This document shows, piece by piece, positions 30,256 to 41,203 of a DNA stretch of 64,000 nt. Source of the DNA: Microcoleus sp. (GTDB taxonomy: Bacteria > Cyanobacteriota > Cyanobacteriia > Cyanobacteriales > Microcoleaceae); assembly GCA_052279835.1 (NCBI GenBank), contig CP181291.1:3552001-3616000 (forward strand). Direction: 5' to 3'. Numbering within the stretch: position 1 is the stretch's first letter; every line of letters starts with the position of its first letter. The position numbers and the translations under genes are program-made. The notes beneath the pieces were generated by a model. It was not told the DNA's origin and made no database searches. It was given only the letters and a program-made list of their open reading frames with translations.

Positions 30256-31956
30256 ATGCTGCGACTCGAACACATCAGTAAAATTTATCCCACAGGCGTC
30301 GTACTCAAAGATGTCACCTGGGAAGTCAAACCAGGCGATCGCATCGGCTTAGTAGGCGTCAACGGTGCCGGCAAATCCACCCAACTCAAAATCATCGCCG
30401 GTGAAATGGAACCCACATCAGGCGAAGTCATTCGCCCCGCCAGCCTCCACATCGCCTACCTGTCTCAAGAATTTGAAGTAGATCCGACACGCACCGTCAA
30501 AGAAGAATTTTGGCGCGCCTTCAGCGAAGCCAACGAAATACACGAGTCCCTGATGCAAGTCCACCGAGACTTGGAAAACTCCACCCCTGAAAATCTCGAC
30601 GAACTGATCCACAAAATGGATCGCTTGCAAAGAAAATTTGAAGGCTTAAACGGCTACGGTTTAGAAGCCCAAATCGAGAAAATTTTACCAGAAATCGGAT
30701 TTGAAGCAGAAGATGGCGATCGGCTAGTTAGTGCCTTTAGCGGCGGCTGGCAAATGCGGATGAGTTTGGGCAAAATTCTCCTCCAAAAACCCGACATCCT
30801 GCTGTTAGACGAACCTACCAACCACCTCGACTTAGAAACCATCGAATGGTTAGAAGTCTACCTGAAAGGGTTAACAACCCCCATGGTAATCGTATCCCAT
30901 GACCGAGAATTTCTCGATCGCCTCTGCACCCAAATCGTCGAAACCGAACGCGGAGTTTCCAGCACTTACCTCGGCAACTATTCCTCATACTTACTGCAAA
31001 AAGCCGAAGCCAGAGAAGCCCAACTCAGCGCCTACGAAAGCCAACAAAAAGAACTAGAAAAACAACAAGCATTCGTTGAAAAATTCCGCGCCAGCGCCAC
31101 TCGCAGCACCCAAGCGAAAAGTCGCGAAAAACAACTAGATAAAATCGAACGCATCGAAGCCCCCACCGGCGGCTTAAAAACTTTACATTTCCGCTTTCCC
31201 CCTGCACCCCGCAGTGGCCGCGAAGTAGTAATAATTGAAGACTTGGTGCACAGCTACGGCGACAAAATCCTATTTTTGGGCGCAGACTTATTAGTTGAAA
31301 GAGGCGATCGCATCGCCTTCCTCGGCCCCAACGGCGCAGGCAAATCCACCCTGTTAAAAATGATTATGGGTTCAGAAACTCCGACAGAAGGCACTGTTAA
31401 ATTCGGAGGCCATAACGTCATCCCCGGTTACTTTGAACAGAATCAAGCCGAAGCTTTAGATCTAAATAAAAGCGTGATGGCAACCATTCATGACGAAGTA
31501 CCAGACTGGAAAAACGAAGAAGTTCGGACTTTGTTGGGTCGTTTTCTGTTCACCGGCGAAACAGTATACAAACAAGTTGGCGCTTTGAGTGGTGGAGAAA
31601 AAGCCCGTCTAGCTTTGGCCAAGATGCTGTTGACTCCCGTGAATTTGCTGATTTTGGACGAACCGACAAATCACCTCGACATTCCGGCCAAAGAGATGAT
31701 GGAAGAAGCCATCAAGAATTATGACGGGACTGTAATGATCGTTTCTCACGATCGCTATTTCATCTCCCAAGTCGCCAACAAAATAGTCGAAATTCGGGAT
31801 GGGGAGTTTCGCCCTTATCTCGGAGATTACCACTACTATCTCGATAAAATTGCTGAAGAAAAAGAGCTAGCAAAAATAGCAAAACTAGAAGCTGAAAAAG
31901 CTGCTAAAAAAGCGGAAAAAGAAGCCAAGAAAAAAGCGACTGCTAAGCAGAAATAA
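30256..31956 (+). CDS. ABC-F family ATPase
   Basis: Two ABC domains (GVNGAGKS, GPNGAGKS, DEPTNHLD twice) and no TM. Confidence 0.95.
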   Translation: MLRLEHISKIYPTGVVLKDVTWEVKPGDRIGLVGVNGAGKSTQLKIIAGEMEPTSGEVIRPASLHIAYLSQEFEVDPTRTVKEEFWRAFSEANEIHESLMQVHRDLENSTPENLDELIHKMDRLQRKFEGLNGYGLEAQIEKILPEIGFEAEDGDRLVSAFSGGWQMRMSLGKILLQKPDILLLDEPTNHLDLETIEWLEVYLKGLTTPMVIVSHDREFLDRLCTQIVETERGVSSTYLGNYSSYLLQKAEAREAQLSAYESQQKELEKQQAFVEKFRASATRSTQAKSREKQLDKIERIEAPTGGLKTLHFRFPPAPRSGREVVIIEDLVHSYGDKILFLGADLLVERGDRIAFLGPNGAGKSTLLKMIMGSETPTEGTVKFGGHNVIPGYFEQNQAEALDLNKSVMATIHDEVPDWKNEEVRTLLGRFLFTGETVYKQVGALSGGEKARLALAKMLLTPVNLLILDEPTNHLDIPAKEMMEEAIKNYDGTVMIVSHDRYFISQVANKIVEIRDGEFRPYLGDYHYYLDKIAEEKELAKIAKLEAEKAAKKAEKEAKKKATAKQK

Positions 31957-32000
31957 AGTCTCAATAACCAAGCCGAAGTCAGGGACACGGCGCAGAAACC

Positions 32001-32239
32001 AGGACACTCCAAGAGCCCATTGGTGTCAACTTAAGGTCAAACCCTCAGTCCGCCAGGGGTTGAAACCCCTGCCTCAAAGCTCAAGTCCTCTCAAAGAGGA
32101 CTAATGAGTTCTTCAGTCCTCTTTGAGAGGACTTTAGCTATTAGACAGGGAATTCATTCCCTGGCGGACTTGCGGGCCCACTAGCAGACTTGGCGGGCTG
32201 ACAGCTTAAGTTGACACCAATGGGCTCTTGGAGTGTCCT
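32001..32239. mobile_element. Nested palindromic element with perfect 35-bp terminal inverted repeats
   Basis: aggacactccaagagcccattggtgtcaacttaag (32001-35) and its exact reverse complement (32205-39) enclose a 924-type element. Confidence 0.8.
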
Positions 32240-32253
32240 TCGTTGCTTAAATT

Positions 32254-33336
32254 TTAACCCAAGATGCGATTAATCATCTGATTTGCCTGGGATTCATAAC
32301 TCCCACCAAACAAATTAAAATGATTTAAAATATGATATAAATTGTAAAGAGTTTTGCGTTTTTCATACCCTGAATCCAACTGCCAAACCTGATTATATCC
32401 CCGATAAAACTGGGCCGGAAAACCACCAAATAACTCCGTCATCGCCAGATCTACTTCTCTATCTCCCAAATAAGTCGCTGGGTCAAAAATCACGGGTTCT
32501 CCCGCAGATGTAACGCCTGCATTCCCCCCCCACAAATCCCCGTGAACGATGGAAGGTTGAGGCTCGTGACTTGCTAACAACTCAGGAATTACCTCTAATA
32601 AACGTTCCCCTTGGGGAAAATGACCGCCCCGACGTTTAGCCAATTTTAACTGATAACCAATCCGATGTTCTGCCCAAAATTCTGCCCAATTTGCAGTCCA
32701 GTTATTAATTTGCACAGTTGAGCCGATCGTATTATTAATATCCCAACCAAAACATCCCCTCAACAAGCCAGAATCAACCTCTTCTCCCCCCCTCAACAAG
32801 CCAGAATCAACCTCTTCTCCCCCCCTCAACAAGCCAGAATCAACCTCTTCTCCCCCCCTTAACAAGCCAGAATTAGCCTCATCTCCCCCCCTTAACAAGC
32901 CAGAATCAACCTCATCTCCCCCCCTTAACAAGCCAGAATCAACCTCATCTCCCCCCCTTAACAAGGGGGGGCTGGGGGGGGTGAATTTGTGCATTTCAGC
33001 CAGTTTACGCCCCATTTCCTCCCAAGCTTTATCGCCCCCGTGACCTCCCAAATCCAGCCATTCCAGCACAATATAAGCGGAATTCCCCTCGGTTCCCCAA
33101 CAAATCGGCTCAGGTACTCGAATCGTCTGGGTTTCCCGCATTTGCTGCAAACCCAGGGCTTCAGCTTCAAACATCGCGACTTGGGAAGCTTGATTTAATT
33201 TAATGAAGTAAGTGCGGGAATTGCTGCTGATAGCATAGCCTTGATTGATGCAGCCACCGCTGACAGAACGGCGATTGTCGATCGCAAATTTGTCTCTTGT
33301 TACTTCGGAGATATGCGCGCTAATTTTGTCCCACAT
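32254..33336 (-). CDS. Fructosamine kinase family protein with internal tandem-repeat insertion
   Basis: SGGCIN, MFEAEALGL, HGDLWGGN, FDPATY.GDREVDLAMTELFGGF. Confidence 0.92.
   Translation of the reverse strand: MWDKISAHISEVTRDKFAIDNRRSVSGGCINQGYAISSNSRTYFIKLNQASQVAMFEAEALGLQQMRETQTIRVPEPICWGTEGNSAYIVLEWLDLGGHGGDKAWEEMGRKLAEMHKFTPPSPPLLRGGDEVDSGLLRGGDEVDSGLLRGGDEANSGLLRGGEEVDSGLLRGGEEVDSGLLRGGEEVDSGLLRGCFGWDINNTIGSTVQINNWTANWAEFWAEHRIGYQLKLAKRRGGHFPQGERLLEVIPELLASHEPQPSIVHGDLWGGNAGVTSAGEPVIFDPATYLGDREVDLAMTELFGGFPAQFYRGYNQVWQLDSGYEKRKTLYNLYHILNHFNLFGGSYESQANQMINRILG
32756..32981 (-). repeat. 6 x 33-bp in-frame tandem repeat (LLRGG[DE]EVDSG)
   Basis: Repeated aacaagccagaatcaacctc unit, anchored on the ccccccttaacaagggggg palindrome. 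Confidence 0.92.
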
Positions 33337-33506
33337 GGCATCCAATTGTTTTATACTCTTGAAAAGACTCGAAAGATAGATTAACAAATTATACCTCGGA
33401 TATAGATAAAATCTCTTGTCTTACTTTAAAATTAAATTAGAGCAAATTGTTTAATTTAGCTTTTGTAATCCAACCATAACTCACATTCAGTCTTTAAGGA
33501 GAAACT

Positions 33507-33716
33507 ATGCTTTTACAAGAAAAAGAATCGGGCGACTTAATTGAAATTTTAGATGTCGATGGTTTAGTTAGTCCAGCAAAAAATGAAGTATTGGGGCGAA
33601 ATCAAGCTGGTGAAGAAGAGCAAGAACCAGTGAATTTTCCCAAGGGTAAATTAATTTTTCCTTCTGGCGAAGTTTTGCCCCGCTGCTGGACTGAAGAAAA
33701 CTATAAGACCAATTAA
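33507..33716 (+). CDS. Small conserved cyanobacterial protein
   Basis: AAGGAG RBS; GEEEQEP..F.K..L.FPSGE.LPRCW motif. Confidence 0.8.
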   Translation: MLLQEKESGDLIEILDVDGLVSPAKNEVLGRNQAGEEEQEPVNFPKGKLIFPSGEVLPRCWTEENYKTN

Positions 33717-33848
33717 TTCCACCTAACCAGCACCACCGAAGACCCAGAGCCCCAACTTGTTCAATAAGTTGGGGCTCTGGGCTTTTAACATTTTTAGGTA
33801 CAAAGAGACCTGAATTTTTATTAACTATCGAGACTTTAACCATTATAA

Positions 33849-34736
33849 TTGATTTATCACAAAGGAAGGTGTATTTTGAAATCTCAAAATTTCCAGAGCA
33901 TATCATCAGCAATCGCTGGGATTCTATTAGTTGGCGCGCTGCTGCTTGGGTTCAACTCTTTTGTCGTGATTAATCCCGGTGAAGCAGGGGTGGTCAGCGT
34001 TTTAGGAAAAGCTACAGATGGGGCATTGTTAGAGGGATTTCACTTGAGACCTCCGCTGATATCTAAGGTAGATGTGTACGATGTAACAGTGCAAAAATTT
34101 GAAGTTCCGGCCCAGAGTGCTACCAAAGACCTTCAGGATTTAAATGCTAGCTTTGCTATCAACTTTCGCCTCGATCCGGCCAGAGTAGTTGATATCAGAA
34201 GGACTCAAGGAACCTTGGATAATATAGTTGCGAAAATTATTGCTCCTCAGACGCAAGAAGCATTTAAAACAGCCGCCGCCTTGAGAACTGCTGAACAATC
34301 TATTACTCAAAGAAGTGAACTGAAACGAGACTTTGATACTGCGCTGAAGGAAAGGCTATCAAAGTATGATGTAATCGTACTTGATACGAGCGTTGTTAAT
34401 ATTCGATTCTCCACAGATTTTGCGAAAGCGGTTGAGGAAAAACAGGTTGCTGAACAGCGGGCACAAAGGGCTGTTTATGTGGCTCAGGAAGCAGAACAAC
34501 AGGCTCAAGCAGATATTAACCGCGCTCAAGGTAGGGCGGAAGCTCAAAGGCTTTTGGCTGAAACTTTAAAGGCTCAGGGCGGTGATTTAGTGCTGCAAAA
34601 GGAGGCTATCGAAGCTTGGAGAAGTGGTGGTGCTCAAATGCCAAAGGTGTTGGTTATGGGCAGCGGTTCTAGTCGAGTTCCTTTCATTTTTAATATGAGT
34701 GACTTTCAGGAAGAGGGCGATCGGCAAAAAAATTAA
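33849..34736 (+). CDS. Prohibitin/SPFH family protein (start may be 33876)
   Basis: N-terminal TM, TKDLQDL, AVEEKQVAEQRAQRA. Confidence 0.9.
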   Translation: MIYHKGRCILKSQNFQSISSAIAGILLVGALLLGFNSFVVINPGEAGVVSVLGKATDGALLEGFHLRPPLISKVDVYDVTVQKFEVPAQSATKDLQDLNASFAINFRLDPARVVDIRRTQGTLDNIVAKIIAPQTQEAFKTAAALRTAEQSITQRSELKRDFDTALKERLSKYDVIVLDTSVVNIRFSTDFAKAVEEKQVAEQRAQRAVYVAQEAEQQAQADINRAQGRAEAQRLLAETLKAQGGDLVLQKEAIEAWRSGGAQMPKVLVMGSGSSRVPFIFNMSDFQEEGDRQKN

Positions 34737-34874
34737 GCTCAAGGTATAGTTACCATAGTATGCTACACTTCCTTTAGCCAAAATATAGCGATATGATCAA
34801 ATCAGTCGCTATCAAAGCGCAGTCCGCAACTCACACGCAGACAACACACTCACTTTAGAAATCAAGGAAAAATC

Positions 34875-35294
34875 ATGACCCGCGCGATTATGGAAACGGA
34901 CAAAGGCACAATCAATTTGGAATTGTTTGATACCGATGCGCCTAATACAGTTAAGAATTTTGTTGACTTAGCAGAAAAAGGTTTTTACGACGGACTTTCC
35001 TTTCACCGAGTAATTCCTAACTTTATGATTCAAGGCGGCTGTCCAAAAGGCAATGGCACAGGTGGCCCTGGTTACAAAATTAACTGCGAAATCAACTCCC
35101 ACAAACATTTGGCAGGAACTTTATCGATGGCCCATGCAGGACGCAATACGGGTGGTAGCCAATTCTTTATTTGCCATTCTCCTCAGTCACATCTAGATGG
35201 AGTTCACACAACTTTTGGTCAAACTGAGGATATGTCTGTAGTCAATGCTATCCGCCAAGGCGACAAGATTATTTCGGTGAAAATCGAGCCTTAA
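34875..35294 (+). CDS. Cyclophilin-type peptidyl-prolyl isomerase
   Basis: [25 protein letters not shown]...GSQFFI. Confidence 0.95.
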   Translation: MTRAIMETDKGTINLELFDTDAPNTVKNFVDLAEKGFYDGLSFHRVIPNFMIQGGCPKGNGTGGPGYKINCEINSHKHLAGTLSMAHAGRNTGGSQFFICHSPQSHLDGVHTTFGQTEDMSVVNAIRQGDKIISVKIEP

Positions 35295-35745
35295 TTCTCA
35301 GTATTGAGTTGGGTTTGTAGTAAGGACGAACAGTCCTTATTACAAATTTAACCTGGTTAAATTGAATCATTCATCTTCGATAGATGTGTCCTAATATTTG
35401 CTTGATTTTTTTCGTAAATTCGTGTTCCATTTTCTTAAATTTGTAAGTTTAGTGTTATATCAATTCCGGTTGTATCGGAATGATTTAACCGCGAAGGCGC
35501 TAAGGACGACCCCCCCCTGCCCCCCCCAAGGGGGGAAAGAGGAAGAGAAGAGATTTGCCAATATTATAGGGAGGGTCGGCAAAAATTAAATCGATTGAGT
35601 TGTCTTTAATTTCATTAGAGAGGACTTCTAACGCATCTCCTAAAATTAGCTTGTGTTCGTCTAATTCAAAGATTTTCATTTTGCATAACCTGTTTTAATC
35701 AATATGCGTCATTGTCAGTTAGAGTTGGATGTTTACTATAGCTCT

Positions 35746-36870
35746 TCAATACAGTTCATATTTTAGTAAAGTACAAGGAATGGAACCGTTGAAAACAGGA
35801 ATTCGCTTGGATGTTCTCAGACCAACCTGTTTTCCCAACTCCTTATTTCCAGTCAGTATAAACGCATTCCAACCTTTAAAACGCTGCTTGAAAATATCGC
35901 CTAACATCTTATAAAGTTCTCCCAATTCCTTCGCATCGCCTAGCCTTTCTCCGTAGGGAGGATTGCAAATGAGAACGCCACTGTCTGCGGGTGGTTCCAA
36001 GTCAGATAACTCGGTGTGAGCAAACTCTATCTTACCAGAAAGACCTGCTTGCTGTGCATTGATGCGAGCTTGGGTTAACATATCAGAATCGCGATCGCAT
36101 CCTGCAACCACTTGCTGAAGTTCCGGTAATTCGCTACTCTCGGCTTCAGCCCACAATTTATCCCATAAGGGTTCGTCAAAATCTCGCCAAGTCATAAATC
36201 CAAACTTGTCTCGAAACAATCCCGGCGCAATATTCAAACCCTTTAAACTAGCTTCCAAAGGCAAAGTTCCCGAACCGCACATGGGGTCTAAAAAAGGTAA
36301 ATCAGGTGTCCATTCTGCCATGTCCAACAAAGCCGCAGCTAGGGTTTCTTTTAAGGGTGCCATACCCATTGCGGGTCGATATCCGCGTCGGTGCAAACTG
36401 CCGCCAGAACTGTCTAAACTTAAGATAGCTCGATCGCGATGAATGTGAAGGTTAATCAGTAAATCGGGATTTTCTACATCCACACTCGAACGCTTGTTGA
36501 ATTGATGGCGCTGTTGGTCGGCGATCGCATTTTTGACCTGCAAAGCTGTAAAATGAGTGTGGTTCAATTTTTCATTGCCACCCGTACAGTTGACTGCTAA
36601 AGTATTGTCAGCATCCAAAAACTCATCCCAAGAGATTTTCTGGACTGCGCGGTACAGCATATCTGAGTTGTAACACTGGAATTCGGCGATGGGTACTAGG
36701 ACTCGAAAAATGGTTCTAGACCACAGATTTACACGATACAATAAAGCGCGATCGCCCGAAAAGTACACCCCAGTAAAATCTGGCTGCACATTCTCGGCTC
36801 CTAATTTTTCTAATTCTTGGGCGGCAATATTTTCTAATCCGCGCGCCACTGTAGCAAAGTATTGATTCAT
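35746..36870 (-). CDS. THUMP-domain class I SAM-dependent RNA methyltransferase (RlmL-like)
   Basis: LHRRGYR, APLKETLAAA, DPMCGSGT, NPPYGERL. Confidence 0.92.
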   Translation of the reverse strand: MNQYFATVARGLENIAAQELEKLGAENVQPDFTGVYFSGDRALLYRVNLWSRTIFRVLVPIAEFQCYNSDMLYRAVQKISWDEFLDADNTLAVNCTGGNEKLNHTHFTALQVKNAIADQQRHQFNKRSSVDVENPDLLINLHIHRDRAILSLDSSGGSLHRRGYRPAMGMAPLKETLAAALLDMAEWTPDLPFLDPMCGSGTLPLEASLKGLNIAPGLFRDKFGFMTWRDFDEPLWDKLWAEAESSELPELQQVVAGCDRDSDMLTQARINAQQAGLSGKIEFAHTELSDLEPPADSGVLICNPPYGERLGDAKELGELYKMLGDIFKQRFKGWNAFILTGNKELGKQVGLRTSKRIPVFNGSIPCTLLKYELY

Positions 36871-37225
36871 TAGTTAATGGGGAATGGGGAATGGGGCATT
36901 GGGTAATTTGGTAAGGGGTAATTGGTAATTGGTAAGGGGTAATTTATTGTTTATTATTTGTTGTTTGTTACTACTGAGAACAGGGAACGGACAAGGGACA
37001 AGGGACAACTGATAACTGACTGATGACTATAGTAGCTGGTTTTAATCCTAAGTTATCAGAAATAATAATCTACCATAAGCTAGATGCGTCGGCTCCTCAA
37101 AATTTTAAATTTCCTGGGACTTGGAACCCCCGCCACCGGAATAGATACCCCCAAAGCCATACCACAAAAAGAGTAGAGGTTTCATGGTTAATTCAATTTT
37201 TGACTCGGGGCGATCGCCCTAGAAA

Positions 37226-37666
37226 TCATGCTGGAATTTCTAACTGCATAAATATGTGCGGAATTCCCAGGAATTCAAAGGGCTTATCTTGTTCGGAGAA
37301 TCCTATTTTTTGGTAAAATTTAATGGCGTTCATTCGAGACATAAGTCTGACAGCTTTGAGATTTTTTTGCTGAGCTTTGACGATTAAGTTTTCAATTAAT
37401 TTAGTGCCAATTCCCTGATTTTGAAATTCAGGAAGCACGGCAACGTAGCTGATGTTTCCTACTCCTGGGGATGATTCGCGCAGTCGGGCTGAAGCAATAA
37501 TTTGGCGATCGCAAAGGGCGATTAAATGAACAGCAGTATCTTCGTAATTGTCTCTTTCGCTGCCCTTTTCCATGCCGAGGGGCGATCGCAAAACCAGCCA
37601 GCGCTGATGGAACATTTTTTCTAATTCTTGTTGGTTGTTAACTTCGCGGATATCTATTTGCAGCAT
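37226..37666 (-). CDS. GNAT family N-acetyltransferase
   Basis: VAVLPEFQNQGIGTKL, FYQKIGF. Confidence 0.9.
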   Translation of the reverse strand: MLQIDIREVNNQQELEKMFHQRWLVLRSPLGMEKGSERDNYEDTAVHLIALCDRQIIASARLRESSPGVGNISYVAVLPEFQNQGIGTKLIENLIVKAQQKNLKAVRLMSRMNAIKFYQKIGFSEQDKPFEFLGIPHIFMQLEIPA

Positions 37667-37705
37667 TTTTCGATTAGATTAAAGAGGTAGATTCCAATTT
37701 ACCCT

Positions 37706-37875
37706 TGGGTGGGGGCGGGTTTATTTAGATTGTCGATTATTGGCAATGATTGTTGGTATAACCCGCCCCTACAGATTCTGGGCAATATTGGGTGGGGGCG
37801 GGTTTATTTAGATTGTCGATTATCGGCAATGATTGTTGGTATAACCCGCCCCTACAAATTCTGGGAAATATTGGG
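37706..37875. repeat. 83-bp tandem duplication of ggggcgggtt...aacccgcccc palindromic repeat
   Basis: Two near-identical units at ~37706 and ~37789. Confidence 0.85.
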
Positions 37876-39222
37876 CTACAAACTATCAGTAATACTGGTG
37901 AAATTAAAGGCTTTCACGCGCACGGCTGGTACTACACTGCCACCATAACGTTTTACCTCACTCAGGGCATCTACATCGCGCAACATATTGGGTAAACTCT
38001 GATTAAAGCGCAAGTTTTTGATCGGGTAAACAATCTTGCCATTTTCAATCCAAAAAGTACCGTCACGAGTCATTCCCGTTACTTCCGATGTCTTGGGATT
38101 TACGTAGTTGACGTACCAAGCTCGACTGACGAAAATTCCGCGCTCGGTTTGAGCAATTATATCTGCTAAACTTTGGTCGGAACCTGTCATCACGATCGGG
38201 TAATAAGCACCTTTTGATTCTTTACCTTTTTGGGCGGCCCAATAGCGGGAATAAGACAAGCTTTGAGGGATGCCTTTTTTGATGATTTCCAAATAGTTAT
38301 TGCTTAATCCATCGCCGAAAAAATTACCCGATCGCAATAAAGGATGTGCCGGATCGCGCTGTACTTGCACCAGGGGGCTGAAAAGTTGTTCGCCCGCGCG
38401 GTTTCCCACGGGTTTTCCGGTTTCATCTGCGATCGACATAAACGATCGCCCTTCATCCGCCGCCCTCGCATCCATCCCCCAAATTACCCAGGGTAGCAAA
38501 TCCGCAAACGCCGCACCATCCAAGATTACAGGATAAATGCCGGGATTGATTTCGCGCGGGTTGCGGGATGCGATCGCCCGATCGACTACTTGTTGGGCCA
38601 ATGGGGCGATCGGCAGTTGACTAATACTCCAAGCTGTGCGTTCAGTCCAGCTAGAACCGTTGTCAATGCGGGCTGTAAAGCCGAAATTCGCCTCTGTAGA
38701 TTGATTGCAGGCGCGGAGTCCGGTGCTCGATGCGATCGCATACAATGACGCCTCAGTGCTCAAAGTACCGGAAGCATTAGCACCTGCTTGTGAGGCGATC
38801 GCGCAAGCCTGCTGTACCATTTCTGCCCGTGCTAGAGGCGATGCAGCGGCTGTTGCTTCGTCAAAGGCTGCCGGGGGCGAATCGTAGGTTTGAGGCGGTA
38901 ACAGCGGCATCCATTCGGGGTCTGCGGGGGCAATTTTGGCCAATTCTTGCGATCTTTTGACGGTTTGGGCGATCGCATCTTCGTCAAAATCCGTCACCGC
39001 AGCGGAGGCACTTTTGTTACCAAAATAGCTAGTAATATTCAGGCTAAATACAGTCTTGCTAATATTTTGGCTGATTTGATTTTCCGAGAATCGAGAAAGA
39101 GATTCTTCCCCAGTAGAAAGACTGACAAATACTTCCTCGGCTTGGGATTGTTTGACTACCTTTTCCAGTAAAGATAAGGCTTGGTCTTCACTTATAATTG
39201 CGGGAGATGTTGTTACGAACAT
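37876..39222 (-). CDS. TldE/PmbA family protein
   Basis: RFSENQISQN, TGMTRDGTFWIENG...NLRFNQS; no HExxxH; adjacent to tldD. Confidence 0.88.
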   Translation of the reverse strand: MFVTTSPAIISEDQALSLLEKVVKQSQAEEVFVSLSTGEESLSRFSENQISQNISKTVFSLNITSYFGNKSASAAVTDFDEDAIAQTVKRSQELAKIAPADPEWMPLLPPQTYDSPPAAFDEATAAASPLARAEMVQQACAIASQAGANASGTLSTEASLYAIASSTGLRACNQSTEANFGFTARIDNGSSWTERTAWSISQLPIAPLAQQVVDRAIASRNPREINPGIYPVILDGAAFADLLPWVIWGMDARAADEGRSFMSIADETGKPVGNRAGEQLFSPLVQVQRDPAHPLLRSGNFFGDGLSNNYLEIIKKGIPQSLSYSRYWAAQKGKESKGAYYPIVMTGSDQSLADIIAQTERGIFVSRAWYVNYVNPKTSEVTGMTRDGTFWIENGKIVYPIKNLRFNQSLPNMLRDVDALSEVKRYGGSVVPAVRVKAFNFTSITDSL

Positions 39223-39311
39223 AAACTAGAATGCTAGGAAATTTTATTAGCTTTATTATCTCTGAGTTCTCTCTGTGTTCTCTGCGTCCTCTGCGGTTCA
39301 ATCATTCCGAA

Positions 39312-40799
39312 TTAAGAATTTCCCCCAATTTGAATATCTCTGACTCGCACCGGTACGCAAGCGTGAGTCATTTGAGCTATCTGGATCGGTTCACCTTTCC
39401 CGCACCTATTAGTCCCGCATTGAACTCGCTCCGAAGCAGGTCCGATCGCATCTACTTGATTCCAGAAATCAGTGCTCATTGAATGATAAGTGACATCCTT
39501 CAACATTCCGACAACTTTACCTTTTTCCACCTTCCAGAAAGCATCACCACCGAATTGAAAATTACGCCGCTGCTGATCGATGGAAAAACTGCCAGTACCG
39601 TCGATTAAAATCCCATCTTCCGTATCCGCAATCATCTCATCCAAAGTAGCAGTATGACTACCGCCATCCGGGCCCGGTTCCAATCCCAAATTAGGAATTC
39701 TGACCATCGGCACGCTCGACCAACTATCAGCGCAGGCAGAACCATTGCTGCTGGCACGTCCGAGGCGATGAGCTGTTTCTCTGTCGGTGAGATAATCGAC
39801 TAAAATTCCATCCTTGACAACGTACCAATCCTGTGATTTTACGCCCTCATCATCGTAACCCATTGTACCGCGGCCGGCCGGTTGAGTGCGATCGCACTTA
39901 AAGTTCACCCAAGGTGCGGCGTATTGCAGTTTATTTAACTTATCCGTAGTAGCAAAGCTCGTGCCTGCAAAATTCGATTCATAGCCATAAACTCGGTCTA
40001 ATTCCGTTGGATGTCCGACGGATTCGTGGATGGTTAAAAACAAGTTTGTCGGCTTGAGAATCAGGGATTTGCAAATACCTACGGGGGCTTTCGGAGCGGT
40101 GACTTTCTCAATTGCTTCGGCAGCAACTCTATCTATTTGACTCAGCAAATCCGCCGGATTGATGTGTTCGTAACCCAGATTTAAGGGCGGGCGTTCGTAA
40201 CTGCGACTTTTGGCATCGCCGCCCGCAATTGCCGTACAGCTAAAACCTGGATAACTGCGGTGAATTGTCTGTTCAATTAGCGAGCCTTCGGTGGAAGCAA
40301 AAACCTTATCTTCGCGGTTAAATTGCAGAAAAGAAAAAGCTTTTTTGATGCCTCGCTCGCCTCGCTCTAACAGTTGTGTGTTAATATTTAGTAGTAGTTC
40401 TGCTTTGTCAGCGACTGGTACAGAAAACGGGTCAATGGCGATCGGCGTAATGTAGCGATCGACATATTTGTCAACAGGCACCAACCGCACCGGTTCTTTT
40501 TGAGTCAAACGACTACCTTTGGCGATTTCTACAGCCAAAGCAACAATTCTGGCAACCTCAGCCCCCGTGCGATTGTGGCTGGCTGCAAAGCCCCAAGCCC
40601 CATCCAGGAGTACCCGCACCCCAAAACCAGAACTAACATTATCAGAGATATTGCTTAAAGAGCGATCGCGCGCGTACAGACTCTGCCTTCGGTAAGCACA
40701 AAAACGCACATCACCGTATTCACAACCCGATTTCTTAATCAAATCTACGGCTAAACTTGCTAACTCTTGAGCCGAGACTTTTGCGGTTAATTGCACCAT
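39312..40799 (-). CDS. tldD: TldD family metalloprotease
   Basis: HESVGHPTELDR zinc motif, YDDEGV, CGKGEP.Q. Confidence 0.9.
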   Translation of the reverse strand: MVQLTAKVSAQELASLAVDLIKKSGCEYGDVRFCAYRRQSLYARDRSLSNISDNVSSGFGVRVLLDGAWGFAASHNRTGAEVARIVALAVEIAKGSRLTQKEPVRLVPVDKYVDRYITPIAIDPFSVPVADKAELLLNINTQLLERGERGIKKAFSFLQFNREDKVFASTEGSLIEQTIHRSYPGFSCTAIAGGDAKSRSYERPPLNLGYEHINPADLLSQIDRVAAEAIEKVTAPKAPVGICKSLILKPTNLFLTIHESVGHPTELDRVYGYESNFAGTSFATTDKLNKLQYAAPWVNFKCDRTQPAGRGTMGYDDEGVKSQDWYVVKDGILVDYLTDRETAHRLGRASSNGSACADSWSSVPMVRIPNLGLEPGPDGGSHTATLDEMIADTEDGILIDGTGSFSIDQQRRNFQFGGDAFWKVEKGKVVGMLKDVTYHSMSTDFWNQVDAIGPASERVQCGTNRCGKGEPIQIAQMTHACVPVRVRDIQIGGNS

Positions 40800-41203
40800 G
40801 TTTATGAGTCTGTTTTTAAGAATTATCAATTATTATAGCGCTACTATCGAAGTATTTTCCTAATCAACACGGCGATACCCAGCATTAACCAGTCATATGA
40901 TTTAACCGCGAAGGCGCGTTCGGCGAAGCCGTTCCCGTAGGGTAGGACGCGAAGGAAGAGAAGAGAGAGGACTTGCTATAACTCGCCGACAATTTGCTAT
41001 GCTTTGCGATACCTTTTACGCTCGCGGTTTCCACCGCGCTGGATATTAGGAATCCCCGTACCTTGAGGTACGGGGATGATGCCAAGTCAAGCCTTAAATC
41101 AGTTAGCAACAATTGCGATCGAGATTTGCGTCTTGCCAGGATTATGGGATGTTTGATTTCACCCTTTTTTTAATTCACCAACAGTCTCTTTCAACCGCCT
41201 GGT

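Noticed and set aside
37709..37995. Two overlapping ORFs starting MGAGLFRLS
   Set aside because: Products of the 83-bp duplicated repeat.
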